Origin: Felis catus
Taxonomy: Eukaryota
Reading direction: 5' to 3'
DNA length: 64,000 nt
Assembly: GCF_018350175.1 (NCBI RefSeq)
Contig: NC_058368.1
Location: 30,194,001-30,258,000, forward strand
The translations under genes and the position numbers were made by a program. A model generated the notes under the pieces. It had not been told where the DNA came from. It saw only the letters and a list, made by a program, of their open reading frames with translations, and ran no database searches. Shown here in pieces: positions 11,790-24,290 of this stretch. Position 1 is the stretch's first letter; each line of letters begins with the position of its first letter.

Positions 11790-12760
11790 TGACCATGTTC
11801 CTGTAGGGTCACTTTGAATGGCTCCAATTAATAATGGGCTATTTGATTCATTACAGACTGCCTGAAGAAAGAGGTAAACAGTCATTTCCCTTCAATGTCA
11901 TAGTGGCAGTGAGGGGAAAGGCAACTCATGGGGTGGTGGGGGTGCTAAAGCCTATCCAGATGGGAACTGTTATAAATTGGGGGAGCTCTGAAGCCAAGAG
12001 TTGGGGGGGCAGCCTAGGCAGCAATTCAGGGGCTGAGAGGGGGAAGTGGACTGGCAGCGGGAGAGAATCTTTCATTAGGTCTGGCAATGAGGGCTTGGCC
12101 AAGAGTCATCTAATGAGAGCTGCTGGATTATCCAAGGACAGCATCTGACCTCACATAATAATCAGTGGAGCTGGGTTGGTCTGTTCATGGAGGTAGGGCC
12201 CTGACGTCCAGTGGTCGGACAGGTATGAGCCAGGTGGAAGGCAGTGGGGGCCAGAAGGTCTGTTCACGCATGGCGGGGTGCCAGCTACCCTGAGTACAAG
12301 GAAAAAGTCCCAGCCTCTGCGGAAGAGGGGCTGGCAAAGCAAGGGGGCTACTGGGGCCCTATCATGCCAGACTTTAGAGCAGGTCTCCAGGACTATGCTT
12401 AGAAGTTGGTGCAAACTCTATTTGACAGAGGGAATCAAGGGACAGCTTTGTTTTACAGACGTACCAACACAGGAGAAGCTAATAGGAGTATAACATGGAG
12501 TTACCTGGACACCCAGGGCTCACTGTGGACGCTCCACATCCCAAGACTGGGCTTGAAAGAAATTTGTTGGAAGGGTGATATGGGAACCTGGCAATTATGA
12601 AGTCTCCTCAGATCTCAGGTCTGGAACCCACTTGCATTGGAGGCTGCTGAGAGTTGACAGAATGGAGGTCGCTGCTCTGATACCCTCTAGCCTGTGTAGG
12701 CATAAGAGCAGAGGGATCTGGGCCAGGGACAGACCTCCCCAGAAACTGAAGCTGCTGTGA
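11790..12760. mobile_element. Possible ancient LTR remnant (family unresolved)
   Basis: G-rich, LTR-like composition starting 'tgtagggtcac'. No firm consensus match recognised. Confidence 0.25.
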
Positions 12761-13069
12761 GTCGGAGAAGACAAAGATGGGCAGAGAGAGGAGTGCTGCC
12801 CAGTTATCAGGAGCAGTCTTTCTATGTCCCGTAAAGCCCACCCCTTCCACTGGCGAAGGCCTTCACACCCATTTAGGCACCCGGCAAGCAGCTGGCCAAC
12901 TAAGATGCCAAAAGCAACATCTGAATCCTTTACATTGTCGATGTCTTTAGATAATGTATCACAGCCTAGGCATTCAAACAGAAGCACTTCATACAGGGGT
13001 TACCGGCCATATGTTCCAATTCCAGATGTAAACTTTGCAACTCTGAATAATTCTTATTCTCCAGTCTTT

Positions 13070-13275
13070 ATGCAGCATAGCATCTGGGGTTTGAAAGAAC
13101 CGGTCTGAATTGTAGCTTTGCCACTCACCAGCTAAATGCCACGGGGCACTGATTACTTTGACCCTCAGATTCCTCATCAAGAAAATGGGAACAACGAGGT
13201 TGTCCTTGCAAATTCTTGGGCAAGTCGGAGATAACGTATACAAAAAGCCTGGCCCAGAGTCGCTGCTTCATAACC
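13070..13275 (+). mobile_element. MIR
   Basis: 'ctttgccactcaccagct...ccctcagattcctcatcaagaaaatggga...gagataacgtatacaaaaagcctggcccagag'. Confidence 0.75.
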
Positions 13276-14347
13276 GGAAGTGGCATGTACGTGCGTACGT
13301 GGATCCCTCTGGAAGCCGGCGCATGGAGCAGGAGACCAAACTTGTAGTGAACTGAGGCTGTCAGGCCGATGATCAAATGATTTTATTCACTTTGGCCTTT
13401 TGCGGCTGATCAAAAACCACGTGGAAACTCTCCATTATAGGTCTGGCATCTATTTTGGCATATGGTCCAGACTGTAGACACTCGTGATTTCTGCCCCTCA
13501 TCCTGTCCCCTCGCCTCCAGCTGGGACCCTGGGTATGCAGAGACCTGTAGGCGATAGCAGAGTGTTTACGTCTCGTGGGTACAGCGATAGAATGACAGGG
13601 TGAGAATCACCATAGGCGCCGCGCATGCTGGGAACACCCAGAGATACTATGTCCCCTTTGTTTTCTTTCTAAGGGAAAAATTCATCGAATTGCATTTTGC
13701 TCGAGTTTATGCCAACACAAGAGCCGGAAGGAGATCCAAAAATAAGATGGAACTTCTTGGTCCAAGAGTGAAACAAGATGTTCAGATATCCTCTTTTATC
13801 TAGAAAACCTTGCAGAGGTTCATTTACTAACGATTGTGGTTCTTACAACAGCAGAATGATTATTGCAAGCTAGACCATTGCTTCCTGGGTAACAGCTGCT
13901 TTTGGTCACCACTCCATCCTGTGCCCAAGAGAGGCTCTTGTTCCCGGGGAAGAATGAGATGGCAAGTTCACACTGGGGAGATACGTATGGATGTGAGGTC
14001 TCGGCAAAGCTGGGAAGGGAGAAGGGAGGGAGGGCGACAGCCAGCCGACAGGAGAGGGGAGCCCTCTGCCCAAGTCTTCCTTGTTCCTGGGCTGGGCCTT
14101 GGAAACACTCAGCTGGAGCAAGGAGAAATGGAGCTGGGGGGTGGGAGGGTGGGATTGTTAGTCAAAGCTCTTTTCTGAGTAACGACACCCATAGGTATGA
14201 AGAATGAAGACCACAAAGTGGAAAAGTGGGAAGGGGTCTGTTACCAGTTTACCCGGAGAAAGGCGCCTTTGAGTTTTGCCTAGGGTTGCACTAATGAAGC
14301 ACCTCTTACTGTTGATCGGTTCTTTCCATCCTTAAAAGGGGCTTGAG

Positions 14348-14475
14348 NNNNNNNNNNNNNNNNNNNNNNNNNNNNNNNNNNNNNNNNNNNNNNNNNNNNN
14401 NNNNNNNNNNNNNNNNNNNNNNNNNNNNNNNNNNNNNNNNNNNNNNNNNNNNNNNNNNNNNNNNNNNNNNNNNNN
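14348..14475. other. Assembly gap (128 N)
   Basis: Run of N. Confidence 1.
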
Positions 14476-15444
14476 GGTAAATCAAAGACTAATTGGTGAC
14501 CAAATTATAGGGTTTAAAGCACTTTTTTTTTTGCCATAAGTGAGTAAAAAATAATTAGCAAATGTGAATACATGCTTTTTCTTTCATTAATAATGAATCA
14601 TATGGTGATAACCCATTTTTAGCAAAATAAAAATTGCCGTTTTGGACTGAGAGCTGCAATTGCATTATGTACCACTTTATATTTAGAAATGCTTGTTCGT
14701 CCCCTGGTGTCTCCTTGTGCCCAGACTGAGACCGAGTCTGGCCTGACTCTCAGGACGGCTGTCCTTACGGGACATGGTAGAAAGGGATACTTGATTGGGC
14801 TGCTGTGGGTGGGATTAAAGAAGACGATCTACAAATGTATTTACCGGAGCTCCACTTTAGAAGTAGGCATGGGAGATTGCAGAGAGCTGGGGGCTTTGGT
14901 CAGAGATCCATATAAGATCCGAAGCAGAACCTGGTCGGAGAACCCTCCTGGATGCTGTTTTCTCTGCTTGATGATGGTTTCAGCCCACTTCCTATCAGCC
15001 ATGGCTATTTATATTCAGAGGCACAGATTCCACAGCTGTACAGAAAGTGCCTCAGAAATCAGAGTTTCTTCTCCCTTTCTCTTAGGGAATATTTACGAAG
15101 TTGTGGTTGAGGATAATCATGATGGAGAAAAGGCAGACTTGTTTAGGGGATAAGAGAGGTTCTATTGTGCCCTTTATAGTTTCCTCTTCCCTCTTAGAGG
15201 TAATGTTACGTCCTCACCTCTCATTCCCAGATCCCCACATCCCTTTTACAATGAAACAATGATTCGGTCCTTATCTTGACCTTGCAGGAAAGGTATCTTT
15301 CTCTTGGCTATCTCTACAAAGACTCTACAGGTCTTCAGGTTAGGGTCATTCTATAAGTCAAGCTACTAACTGGCTGGAAGAGAAGTGACCTGGGGGCACA
15401 GCCAGAAAGCACTGACCATTTGGGGGGACGGTGTCAGGAAGGGC

Positions 15445-15640
15445 ATTGTGACATGATGCCAAATCACTCATCGGGCGTGAAGAGAGTTAGAATCTAGGCC
15501 AGGCTCTGCCGCTGATGGGCTGGAGCATCGCAGGCAGGTGGGTCGGTTCACCTTTCTGGCCTCAGTCTGCTCATCTGTGAAGGAGGACGCTGTTCACGGT
15601 GACCTTTCGGGTCTCTTTCAGCTACAGAGTTCTGTGATCG
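15445..15640 (+). mobile_element. MIR/MIR3 fragment
   Basis: 'tctaggccaggctctgcc...ttcacctttctggcctcagtctgctcatctgtgaagg'. Confidence 0.65.
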
Positions 15641-16469
15641 CTGCAAGGATAATTTTCCCTATTTCTGTGAAACAATAACAGCTCTGAGATTGGAAAATGA
15701 TCTAACAGCATTGCGACATGAATGAAAATGTGTCTCAGAGATCTGCAGAGAACAGCCCGGTTTCCTGCTTAGAAAAACAAACCGCCCCCAAATGCAAACG
15801 GGGTAGTGGTGGAAGAGATGAAGAATAATACCACCACTTTGTATTTTTACCTTTCATGATAAAACAGTAGTTTTAAAAATCGTAAAAATGTACTGGCTTG
15901 ACAAATGGCACATTTAAAACCCGATTTAGCAAAGGGTTTTTACCTTTGTAATTTTAAAACTGTCACTTGAACTAAAAATATAGGCGAGCAAGTTGGCCTT
16001 TCATATTTAATGTTTTCTTTTTTTCCCTTTTTATTTGCAATTCATTCTGTTCAGCTTTGATTAAAGAAATAGCAGAAACGGAATGGCGAATGGCCAGTCC
16101 TTGGTGAATTCGTTGTTCGGAGGCCGGTGGATGTGTGTGGCTCTTGCACGGGTTGAGAGCTGGGACTTTTCAACGCCAGCCCTGGTTGGCTTTGGCATGT
16201 TAGTTATATATCTTCCCCTTAAACATTAACGCCAAATCACCTAAGAATATTTGACTTAGAGAGGGCAAAGATAACCAGATCGTAGTCTAAAGGTTTTACA
16301 TGTTTGTTAAAACAAGTACATTATAGCCGCAGATTAATTGGTAATGATAGCAGGTCAGAAAGAATCTGGAACAAAAAACGATAACCCTGGGTGTCCTAGA
16401 GGGCGGAACAGTGAAAGCCGCCCAATCGGGATTAATGGAATGTTTACAGTGTGCTCTCTTTTGGGGCAA

Positions 16470-16595
16470 GAGCTCACTGGTGACCTTAGGCAAGTTGCGG
16501 CATTTCCTTGAACCTTAGTGACCTGATCTATAAAAGGAAGGTGCCGCAACAGATGTGAGCGGATGCCCCTGTGTGTTCTAAAGTCTCTAACTGTG
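16470..16595 (+). mobile_element. MIR fragment
   Basis: 'gtgaccttaggcaagttgc...ccttgaaccttagtgacctgatctataaaagg'. Confidence 0.6.
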
Positions 16596-17329
16596 CCTTT
16601 TTTTTTTTTTTTAACTTCTCCAGGGTTGGCCCACAAAGGTCACTTAAATATTTGCTGGATTCCACAGAGTTGACAACCGTTCAGAGAGACAGCAGAATGC
16701 AGTGGGGAGCACGCGGCACCAGGTTCTGGGGTTGGTCCTGAGCCTCACTGGTGGGGGCACCATGGAGAAATCAAGAAACAGGTTCTGTGTTTGTAAAATG
16801 GGGATTGGAAGGCTCATTCCTAAGGTTCTTTTAAGGCTCAAAGGAGATAACAGACCTAAAAGCTCTCCAAAGACTGTATAAGTGGAAGGTATTAGTATAA
16901 AAGGCCCTCTCTAAAGAATATTGATGGAAACATCTTTATGCACACATGCACTTCATTATTGAACTGTTTATTCAGTTATTAGCTGCCATTAGCTTCTGAT
17001 TCCAGACTGTTGATCTATCATATGAGCATAATAGATGTGTTCACAACAATAACAGACCTGAATAAGACTGATGCATCTGGGGCTCACATCCCGGAAATCA
17101 CTGCCTTAAAATTCCATCGATCAGTGCTGGGTGTTGTAGAATCTCAGGGTTGTCGATGCCCTCAACCTTGAGGTGAGCGTGCTCTTTGTAAGTTCCTTCA
17201 CAGGGGTCGATTGAAATTCTGCTTGAACATCTCCAGTGATGAAGGGGGTAATTGAGGTGAGGAGGAGGAGACGTATGATATTGAACAGTCTGTTTTGCCC
17301 AGAGTCAGTGAGAGGTGCTTGATGGCCCC

Positions 17330-17480
17330 GGCTCATTTAATTTTTATCACCCTGCCTACAAGTTGATTTTTATTATCCCCATTTTAAAGATGAGGAAACC
17401 GAGTCTAAAGCGGTAAATTAAATGAAGAAATGGGAGTCACTAAATGATAGAGTTGGGATAAAATTAAAGATCTTACTTTG
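17330..17480 (-). mobile_element. MIR fragment
   Basis: 'attatccccattttaaagatgaggaaaccgagtctaaagcggtaaa'. Confidence 0.75.
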
Positions 17481-17595
17481 TCCATATGCCATATATAGCA
17501 TTTCCTGAGAAACTTATCTCCATTGACAGATTTTCCCCCCCATTTCGACAGCTCTGATTGTTAGCAAAATACAAAGCTACTCCTTTCAGCTCAGA

Positions 17596-17755
17596 GCCGT
17601 CTACTCAAAGTGTGGTCCATGGACCTGCATCACGGCCTCTCCGGTAGCTAGTTTGAAATGTAGAAACTCGGCCCCGCCCCAGGCTACTGGATCAGAATCC
17701 GCATTCAGCAAGGTCCTCAGGGATCCAAACGCACGTTAGAGTTTAAAGATGACTG
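17596..17755 (+). mobile_element. MER5A1-like hAT-Charlie MITE
   Basis: 'ctactcaaagtgtggtccatggacc...ccccgccccaggctactggatcagaatccgcatt...agtttaaagatgactg'. Confidence 0.85.
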
Positions 17756-20449
17756 TCTGTAGCACACACAGCTGGTCAGATTCCTCCTTTTCACGACGTC
17801 TCTCTCTACAGCTTTCTTGACTGCATTTTGTCCCAAACAAATGCCTGGGATGCCTTTCACTCTCTACCTTTCAGACACTTCTCCAGAATTCTGAAAACCT
17901 CTATAGAGTTTCCTCATCTAACTGGAGAGAGGCGATCCCTTCTCTTACTTTCCAAACATACATTTTATAACCTTTCCTGCCCTCTGCACTGTGAAAAATG
18001 CCTGGATATTTGTGATTGTGTGAATCATAGGTCTTACTCTACACAAGTACCTATTAATCAGTCAATCAAAAGCCAGGTAGAAGAATTTAGGCTTTATGGG
18101 CTAGGTTTTTAAGCATGAGAGTGACATGTAGAAAATGTGAAATTAGCTGAAATTGGGAGATTTATCTTGTGATGTTCTGCAGTGTGGTTAAAGAGGGTAA
18201 GAGAATGGTGACTCTGAAAGTCATTACAAATTATAGAAAATAGAGCACTTTGAAAGCTTTTATTGGCGTCATTTGATGCATTGACTCATAGGTCCCATTT
18301 GATGTACATTTATTCCCTTGATAAATGAACGAAATTTTGTCAAAATTAGTCAACTCATTTGAGATTTATTATGAAATAAACACAGACATAAGCAATTTAT
18401 AGAACAATTAATTTGAAACATAGTCCTCACTTTGTCCAGACCATTATTATGGTCTCTGCCATCTATTTATAACAGCATTTGTGCCATTATTAATATGCTG
18501 CTCACCAATGCCAGTCTTTCCTTATAAGGGCAGAGTCTAAGTCTCTTAATTTACATTGGTAGATGCAGCTGTAATTGATGAAGTGAAGGTCTTTCCCCTT
18601 TTCTGAATGCTTACCATGGGCTGAAAAACACTCAGAGAGTTTCTAAGTCCCTTTAACCAGAGACTTGTATGCAGAACCAACCCCAAAGATGGAAAAGCGT
18701 AGGCTCTTCCAGACAAGGTAAGGACTGGCTCTCTATTTTGGGGACCACCCTTCTGCTCTCTGACCTGTCATCTCACTTCTTATTGTTTCCTTCCTCTTTC
18801 GTTCTCTTTGTCTCATCTGGTAGGGGAGTCATTCTATGACTCCTCCTGCCAACATATATTTGCTTCTCCAACATATCTCTCTTTCACTGGTGATGATGTT
18901 CAACAAAGGACTTCAAAATCTCATACCTCATAGGAGCAGTCAAAAAAGGAATCATGAAAAGGAATTTCAGAGCTGCTGGATTTGGGTTATTGGTTTAAAT
19001 ACTTCCAAATGATACAACCCAACAAACGGTCTACTGGCTGTGTTTTTAGAAACAAAAATACTAAGTCTGGGTGGCAAAATATATCTTCAACCATAGTCAT
19101 ATGTGAAGAGGACCATATGGCAACCCAAGTCCAGGACTTCTTTTGGAATCTCTGACATGTCTGCTTCATAGTACCCAGTAACTGTAAATTTTTTTTGTTT
19201 GTTTGTTTTGGAATCACAGTTTTTCCCTCGTAAAAGTGGGCTGGAATTGAGTCTCCTTTTCTGGCCACCAGGGGGATGCTCTCTCATGCAATGACGGTGG
19301 GAAATCCAAAATAAACTCCAGCACCTGGGATAGGCTAAGAGACACTCTCTTTTTGTGAGTTAATCCTTGACTTTTCACCTTGATTTTTCACGCAATAAGG
19401 GAGTAGATTCCATGGTTGGTAGGGAAAAGATTCCAGGGATAATACCTGAAATATTATCAATAAAGATAATATTCAGTGTAGAATTCAGATAATAAGGGAT
19501 CTGAATTCAAAAAAAAGATAAGGAATTTTAATGATGTCTCTAGTCTTTGTAAAACCTGATATAAAACCTCTGGATGACTTTCTCATCAACTAGATGAATT
19601 AATGGCTTTGGAGAAGAATCTTGCCCAAAGAGGGCCATGGTTTCCCCCTTGTTCCTGCCCCCTTGGCATTTATTTGCTATACCATTTCTTATATCTTTCG
19701 TGTGGAGAAGGCAAGTGGCAAAAACTCGGTTGCATATTGTGCTTTTTAGCATGGCGTGTAGCGCTTGTATCAACTCCTCACTTGCTAGATGGTCAAAGAG
19801 GAGGGAGAGCAGCTGCTTTAACATTCACCGGTCTGGCAGGGACGGGAAGCTCTGTGGGAGCCGAGGCCATCTTCAGAGTTGCCAGGTCTGAGAGCCAAGC
19901 ACCTGATCAGTAAACCTGGGCCTCTGATTCACACCTTTGGCTGTACTTCAGAGGCCTGGGGTGCAGCGGTGGTGGAAGAAGGTGGGTTTGTGAGGTTCAT
20001 TCATAATCATAGCTAGGTAGGTACATAGGCCACTCCTGATGTAAGACAATCTGTTCTTTTACATGTGATAATCTCCTACTGTTTATTCTGAGATTGTGGT
20101 TTTGTTTAGAAATCCCCAAAGTAGGGGGAAAGGTCGACTGACATGATCCAGAAATGGGAGAGGTTGATACTTTATATCAGAACCAATCATGGAGCAGTAA
20201 GGAGGGGGGTGGGTAAGAAGAGTATTATATCATTGTTTAGAGATCTTTCAAATAACTGTGGGTGAGATTGATAGGATTCTATCAAAGCCTTAATAGACAG
20301 GGTGGGGGCAGGGAGCCTACAAGGAGGGCCCCTCAAGCCCCACAGACAGCTTGGTGGACTTGGTCATCAGCACAAACACAGGTGCAGAAAGGTATTAGAT
20401 GCACAAACATGTTAGAAGCTCTTGTTCTCCTAGTCATTAACAACTTGGA

Positions 20450-20690
20450 GAGCCCCTGGTAGTTAGCCTCTGGGTAAGGTTAGGCAAGTGATGTTGGTCC
20501 AGAGGTCCAACAGTCCTGGAAATCTGGCCCCTTTGCAGCACCTCCCACACTGCCATCTTGAGTAGAGTATGGCACCCTTTTAGTATCCATTTTTATTTCT
20601 TCTATAAAATTAGGATCAGTTGTTTTGAAGACTTAGTGAGATGATATTATTTACATTGCCAAGTACATGAAAAACATTAATAAATGTTAG
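20450..20690 (+). mobile_element. MIR fragments
   Basis: 'tttcttctataaaattaggat...gttgttttgaagacttagtgagatgat...taataaatgttagct'. Confidence 0.5.
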
Positions 20691-22361
20691 CTTTCCCCCC
20701 TTCCTCTACTTAGCGGCGGTGGGGGACATTGAGAAGTCAGATGGGTTTGTGGTCTTAAAAGGTTTACTTTCCAGTGGGGAAGAAAGACTGCACATAACCG
20801 ACTATCGTATGGGATTGAACACAGCAAATGTGTTAATAAGGGAACGATATAAAAGGATGCGGAGAAAAAAGGTATGATCAGTTCTGCTGAAAAGTGCACT
20901 GGGAAGTCTTTTTGGGGCAGGCAACATTAACACCAGTCCTGAGGATTTGGAAACAGTTGTCTCCATCCTGCTGACAGGAAAAACCCAGGAATATGCAGTC
21001 AGGGGCATCTACTCAAAAAAAGACTAGAAGGGTGTGAGGAACCAAGATTAAAAAAAAAAAAAAAACAGAAAAACCCCACCACAGATGTGTAGAGACTCAG
21101 GAAGGAAAGGAAGGAAACTGTGTCAGGGGAACTCTCAAGGGTAAGGCAAAGTCTAATTACCCAAATTGAAATCTGGCCTTTGTAGCAGACCTAAGACACC
21201 TCTTGAACCCATAAAGACTTACTCCAGCAGCAGAGGCATGCTTGAAATAATTAGCTTTATACTTCAGCTCTTGTTTGGGAATTCTTGGTTGTATCAGCCT
21301 TTTCCCAGGAAGCATGAGAGGTACTTGGAGAGTGGTTTCGAAAATTGCCTGGACAGTAGCAGGGCAGGAGGATGAAAAATCAATAAATAATCAGACCGCA
21401 TTTTAATTGAATATATTACTTAGGCCATGCTGACATGTAAATTTAAACACTACTCGTGTGAGAAACATCAGTGCTTTCCCTCTTGTGGGCACTCTGGTTT
21501 CGGGAGATGGGGCAAAGCCTGGCTTTGCATTCCTTCCGTAGCTGAGCTCAGATCGTCTGTTTTCTTGTTGGCATAGGAGGCACCTGTTAAACAAACCACG
21601 TTCCAACCTTTCTCTTTTCTACATGAGGGAATAAGAATTTACTCTGGGAAAAACAATTCCTTAACTTTAAATTCACGTAGAAACAAAGAACCGAGAGAGG
21701 AAGGAGGGCTCCTTGAGGTTATACTAGTCCCTTGAGGCACAGATGTAGTTACTTTCCAGAGGGGGATTTGGGCTCAGTAAGCCCTTCACCGTCACTCTCT
21801 GTTTTGTGAGATCTCAAGGCCAACGGCCTTGTGACATATGTATTCTAGGTATGAGTCTGTTTTTATTTTGTTTGCATTTTTTCTGGGAATACTTTCTTTG
21901 TGTCTTTATGTAGTATTTGATCAAGTGATTGCTTGATTTTGAGCAAACTTCAGGAGTTTTCCTTTAGCATGGGAGCTAAGGAGAGAGGCTGTTTACCTAC
22001 AGGGGCTCAGGAAGTACCCCCTCCCTACCGCCCTCCCCACTGGGGGACTAGCATGGGAGCAGAGGAGGGAACCCAAGGGAGATGGCCTGGAACTGTCTTT
22101 GACTATTTTCCTTTCATGTGTCTCATTTTGTATTTGGTTTTGTAGCACTGTGTTTGTGTAAGCAAGGCTGTTGTCACCTTAACCTGTACACAGTCACTGT
22201 TGCTCAGTTGAAGAAAAAGGCTGCACCTGAACAAATTTGTTGGTACATGAACTTAATTAGGTACCTACCAGGTGCCCAATTCTGTGGTTGATGTTGCCAG
22301 GGATATAGAAGATTTATGAGACGCAGCCTTCGACTTTAGAGGGTGCCAGCATGCTATAGAA

Positions 22362-22538
22362 TGCTGGTAAATAAACTTTAGTATATACGAGTCTCCTGCA
22401 GAGATTGTCAAATAGGAGCCATGCCTGGAGATTCTGATGCTCCAGGTCTAGGAAGAGGCCCTAGAATCTACATTTTAAGAAGTAAACCAGGAGAATCTGA
22501 TTCAGGAAGTCCATGACTCAGGCCTTGAAAGATACTAG
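22362..22538. mobile_element. MER5A/B-like hAT MITE
   Basis: 'gagattctgatgctccaggtctaggaagaggccctagaatctacattttaagaag...gaatctgattcagg'. Confidence 0.7.
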
Positions 22539-22549
22539 TAGAGTGGACG

Positions 22550-22760
22550 TATCTTCATTAGTCAGAAAGACTTTCTGTTTAACGACTTACCCTGCTACTT
22601 ATGAGCCAAGTGACTTAGGTAAAGATATTTACATTTTCAGCCTTTATGTCCTTATCTGTAATTACAACAATGATGCCTCATGGTAGTACTATAAGAATTA
22701 AATGAGACAAAAATTAGCACAAATCTTGGAATATTCTAGAAATGTAATACACACGTTTTC
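22550..22760 (+). mobile_element. MIR
   Basis: 'ctgctacttatgagccaagtgacttaggtaaag...ccttatctgtaa...gaattaaatgagac'. Confidence 0.7.
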
Positions 22761-22923
22761 TTACTTTCCCTTCAATAATCTAGTTGGGAGGATAACATAA
22801 CTTTAGCTTTAGCTTGGCTTTAGCTTTTGAGTTATTTCCAATCTGAAAAAATATTGATGATGTTTATAGTGTATGTCAGACATCTGGCTCTTTGTATTGA
22901 TTAAATTGCATTGTTGTCTATGT

Positions 22924-23140
22924 TTTTGTTTTTAAAGTTTTTACTGTTTATATTATTCTTGAGAGAGAGAGACACAGGGCATGAGTGGGGGCAGTGCAGG
23001 GAGAGAGGGAGAATCTGAAGCAGGCTCCAGGCTCTGAGCTGTCAGCACAGAGCCCCACGTGGGGCTTGAACACATGAACTGTGAGATCGTGACCTGAACT
23101 GAAGTAGGACGCTTAACCAGCTGAGCTACCCAGGCACCTC
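22924..23140 (-). mobile_element. CanSINE (SINEC_Fc)
   Basis: Reverse copy ending 'ctgagctacccaggcacctc'; degenerate TSD tgtctat. Confidence 0.95.
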
Positions 23141-24119
23141 TGTCTGTCTATACTTTTAACTGAAGGCTCTGGTGATATATGATTGACTCATCGGCCCAAG
23201 AAGTCTGAGATGTGACCTCGGGCCGTCAGAAATTATACTTGCTTGAGGTCTAAATGATCTGGATTTGGGGTTGAAATATCTTGTACCGCAGACAGAGGAG
23301 AAATGCTGCCTCTCAAATCTCTGGGGAAGGTTCTCTGGAGTGGTCAAGAATGAACGCTGGGTGAAAAATAAATACAGTGGAGAACTAAGGATGTAAACTC
23401 CACTTCAGGACATGGTTAGGGTTAGAGCCTACAGAAAAGAAAGGGTAGCACCGCTGACCGTACTGTTTCCTTGGGACATTTCAGGCCAGCTCCTGAGAGC
23501 TGGTTCTAGATCCAGATCTAGTCTGCAGCCGTGTTGGAACCACAGACAAATCTTTGCTGGCCACCAGACAGAATTATTGGACAGTGGGCTCTGGGACCTC
23601 AAAGAGCTGTCATGCTCTGAGGGAGAGAACTTATTACTTGGGGTCAAGAGAGCTGGGACCACTCAAAGGTGCAGACAGAGCTGGCTGTGATGACAAGGCT
23701 GTGGGAGAGCAAAGCTGGAGTTTGCAGAGCTGTTGAGCAGCATGGTAATGATTCTAGATCATCTTAAGACCAGTAAAAATTTAAGCATAGGGGAAGGGCT
23801 GGTAATGCCATGGATCCAGAGATGGAGAATGGTGGATCTCGACCCTGAGAAGGATTGAGGCGACCGTGGGTAATTTTTTTTAGACCAAAAATAATGCCTG
23901 AAGCCAAGAGATCCGGCCAAGCCAAATGACATTTGGGTGATGTCATTAGTTCTTGATTCTAACACCACCCTCCCTCCAAACCCCAATCTTCTTAGGGGAT
24001 GTGAGTGAAGACTCTGTTTATGTGAAGGCGCTCATCCCATTAGGTTGGGACTTTCAGTTAATCCCGAGGAGTGGCCATTATAATGCTTCTTCATACTCCC
24101 TGATCCAATAACTATTTCA

Positions 24120-24290
24120 CAGAGAATCGTAGAATGTTAGAAAAGGAAGCGGCCTTGGGAATCATCTAGTGCAATCTCCTTATTTTCCTGAGAAGGAAGC
24201 AGACCCAGAAATCACATGACCTTCTCAAGGTCACACAGCTGCTCAGTAACAGAGCTGCGCCTGGGACACAGGCTTCCTGCACCACTCATA
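24120..24290 (-). mobile_element. MIR3/MIRc
   Basis: 'agaatgttagaaaaggaagcggccttgggaatcatctagtgcaatctcc...caaggtcacacagct'. Confidence 0.75.
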
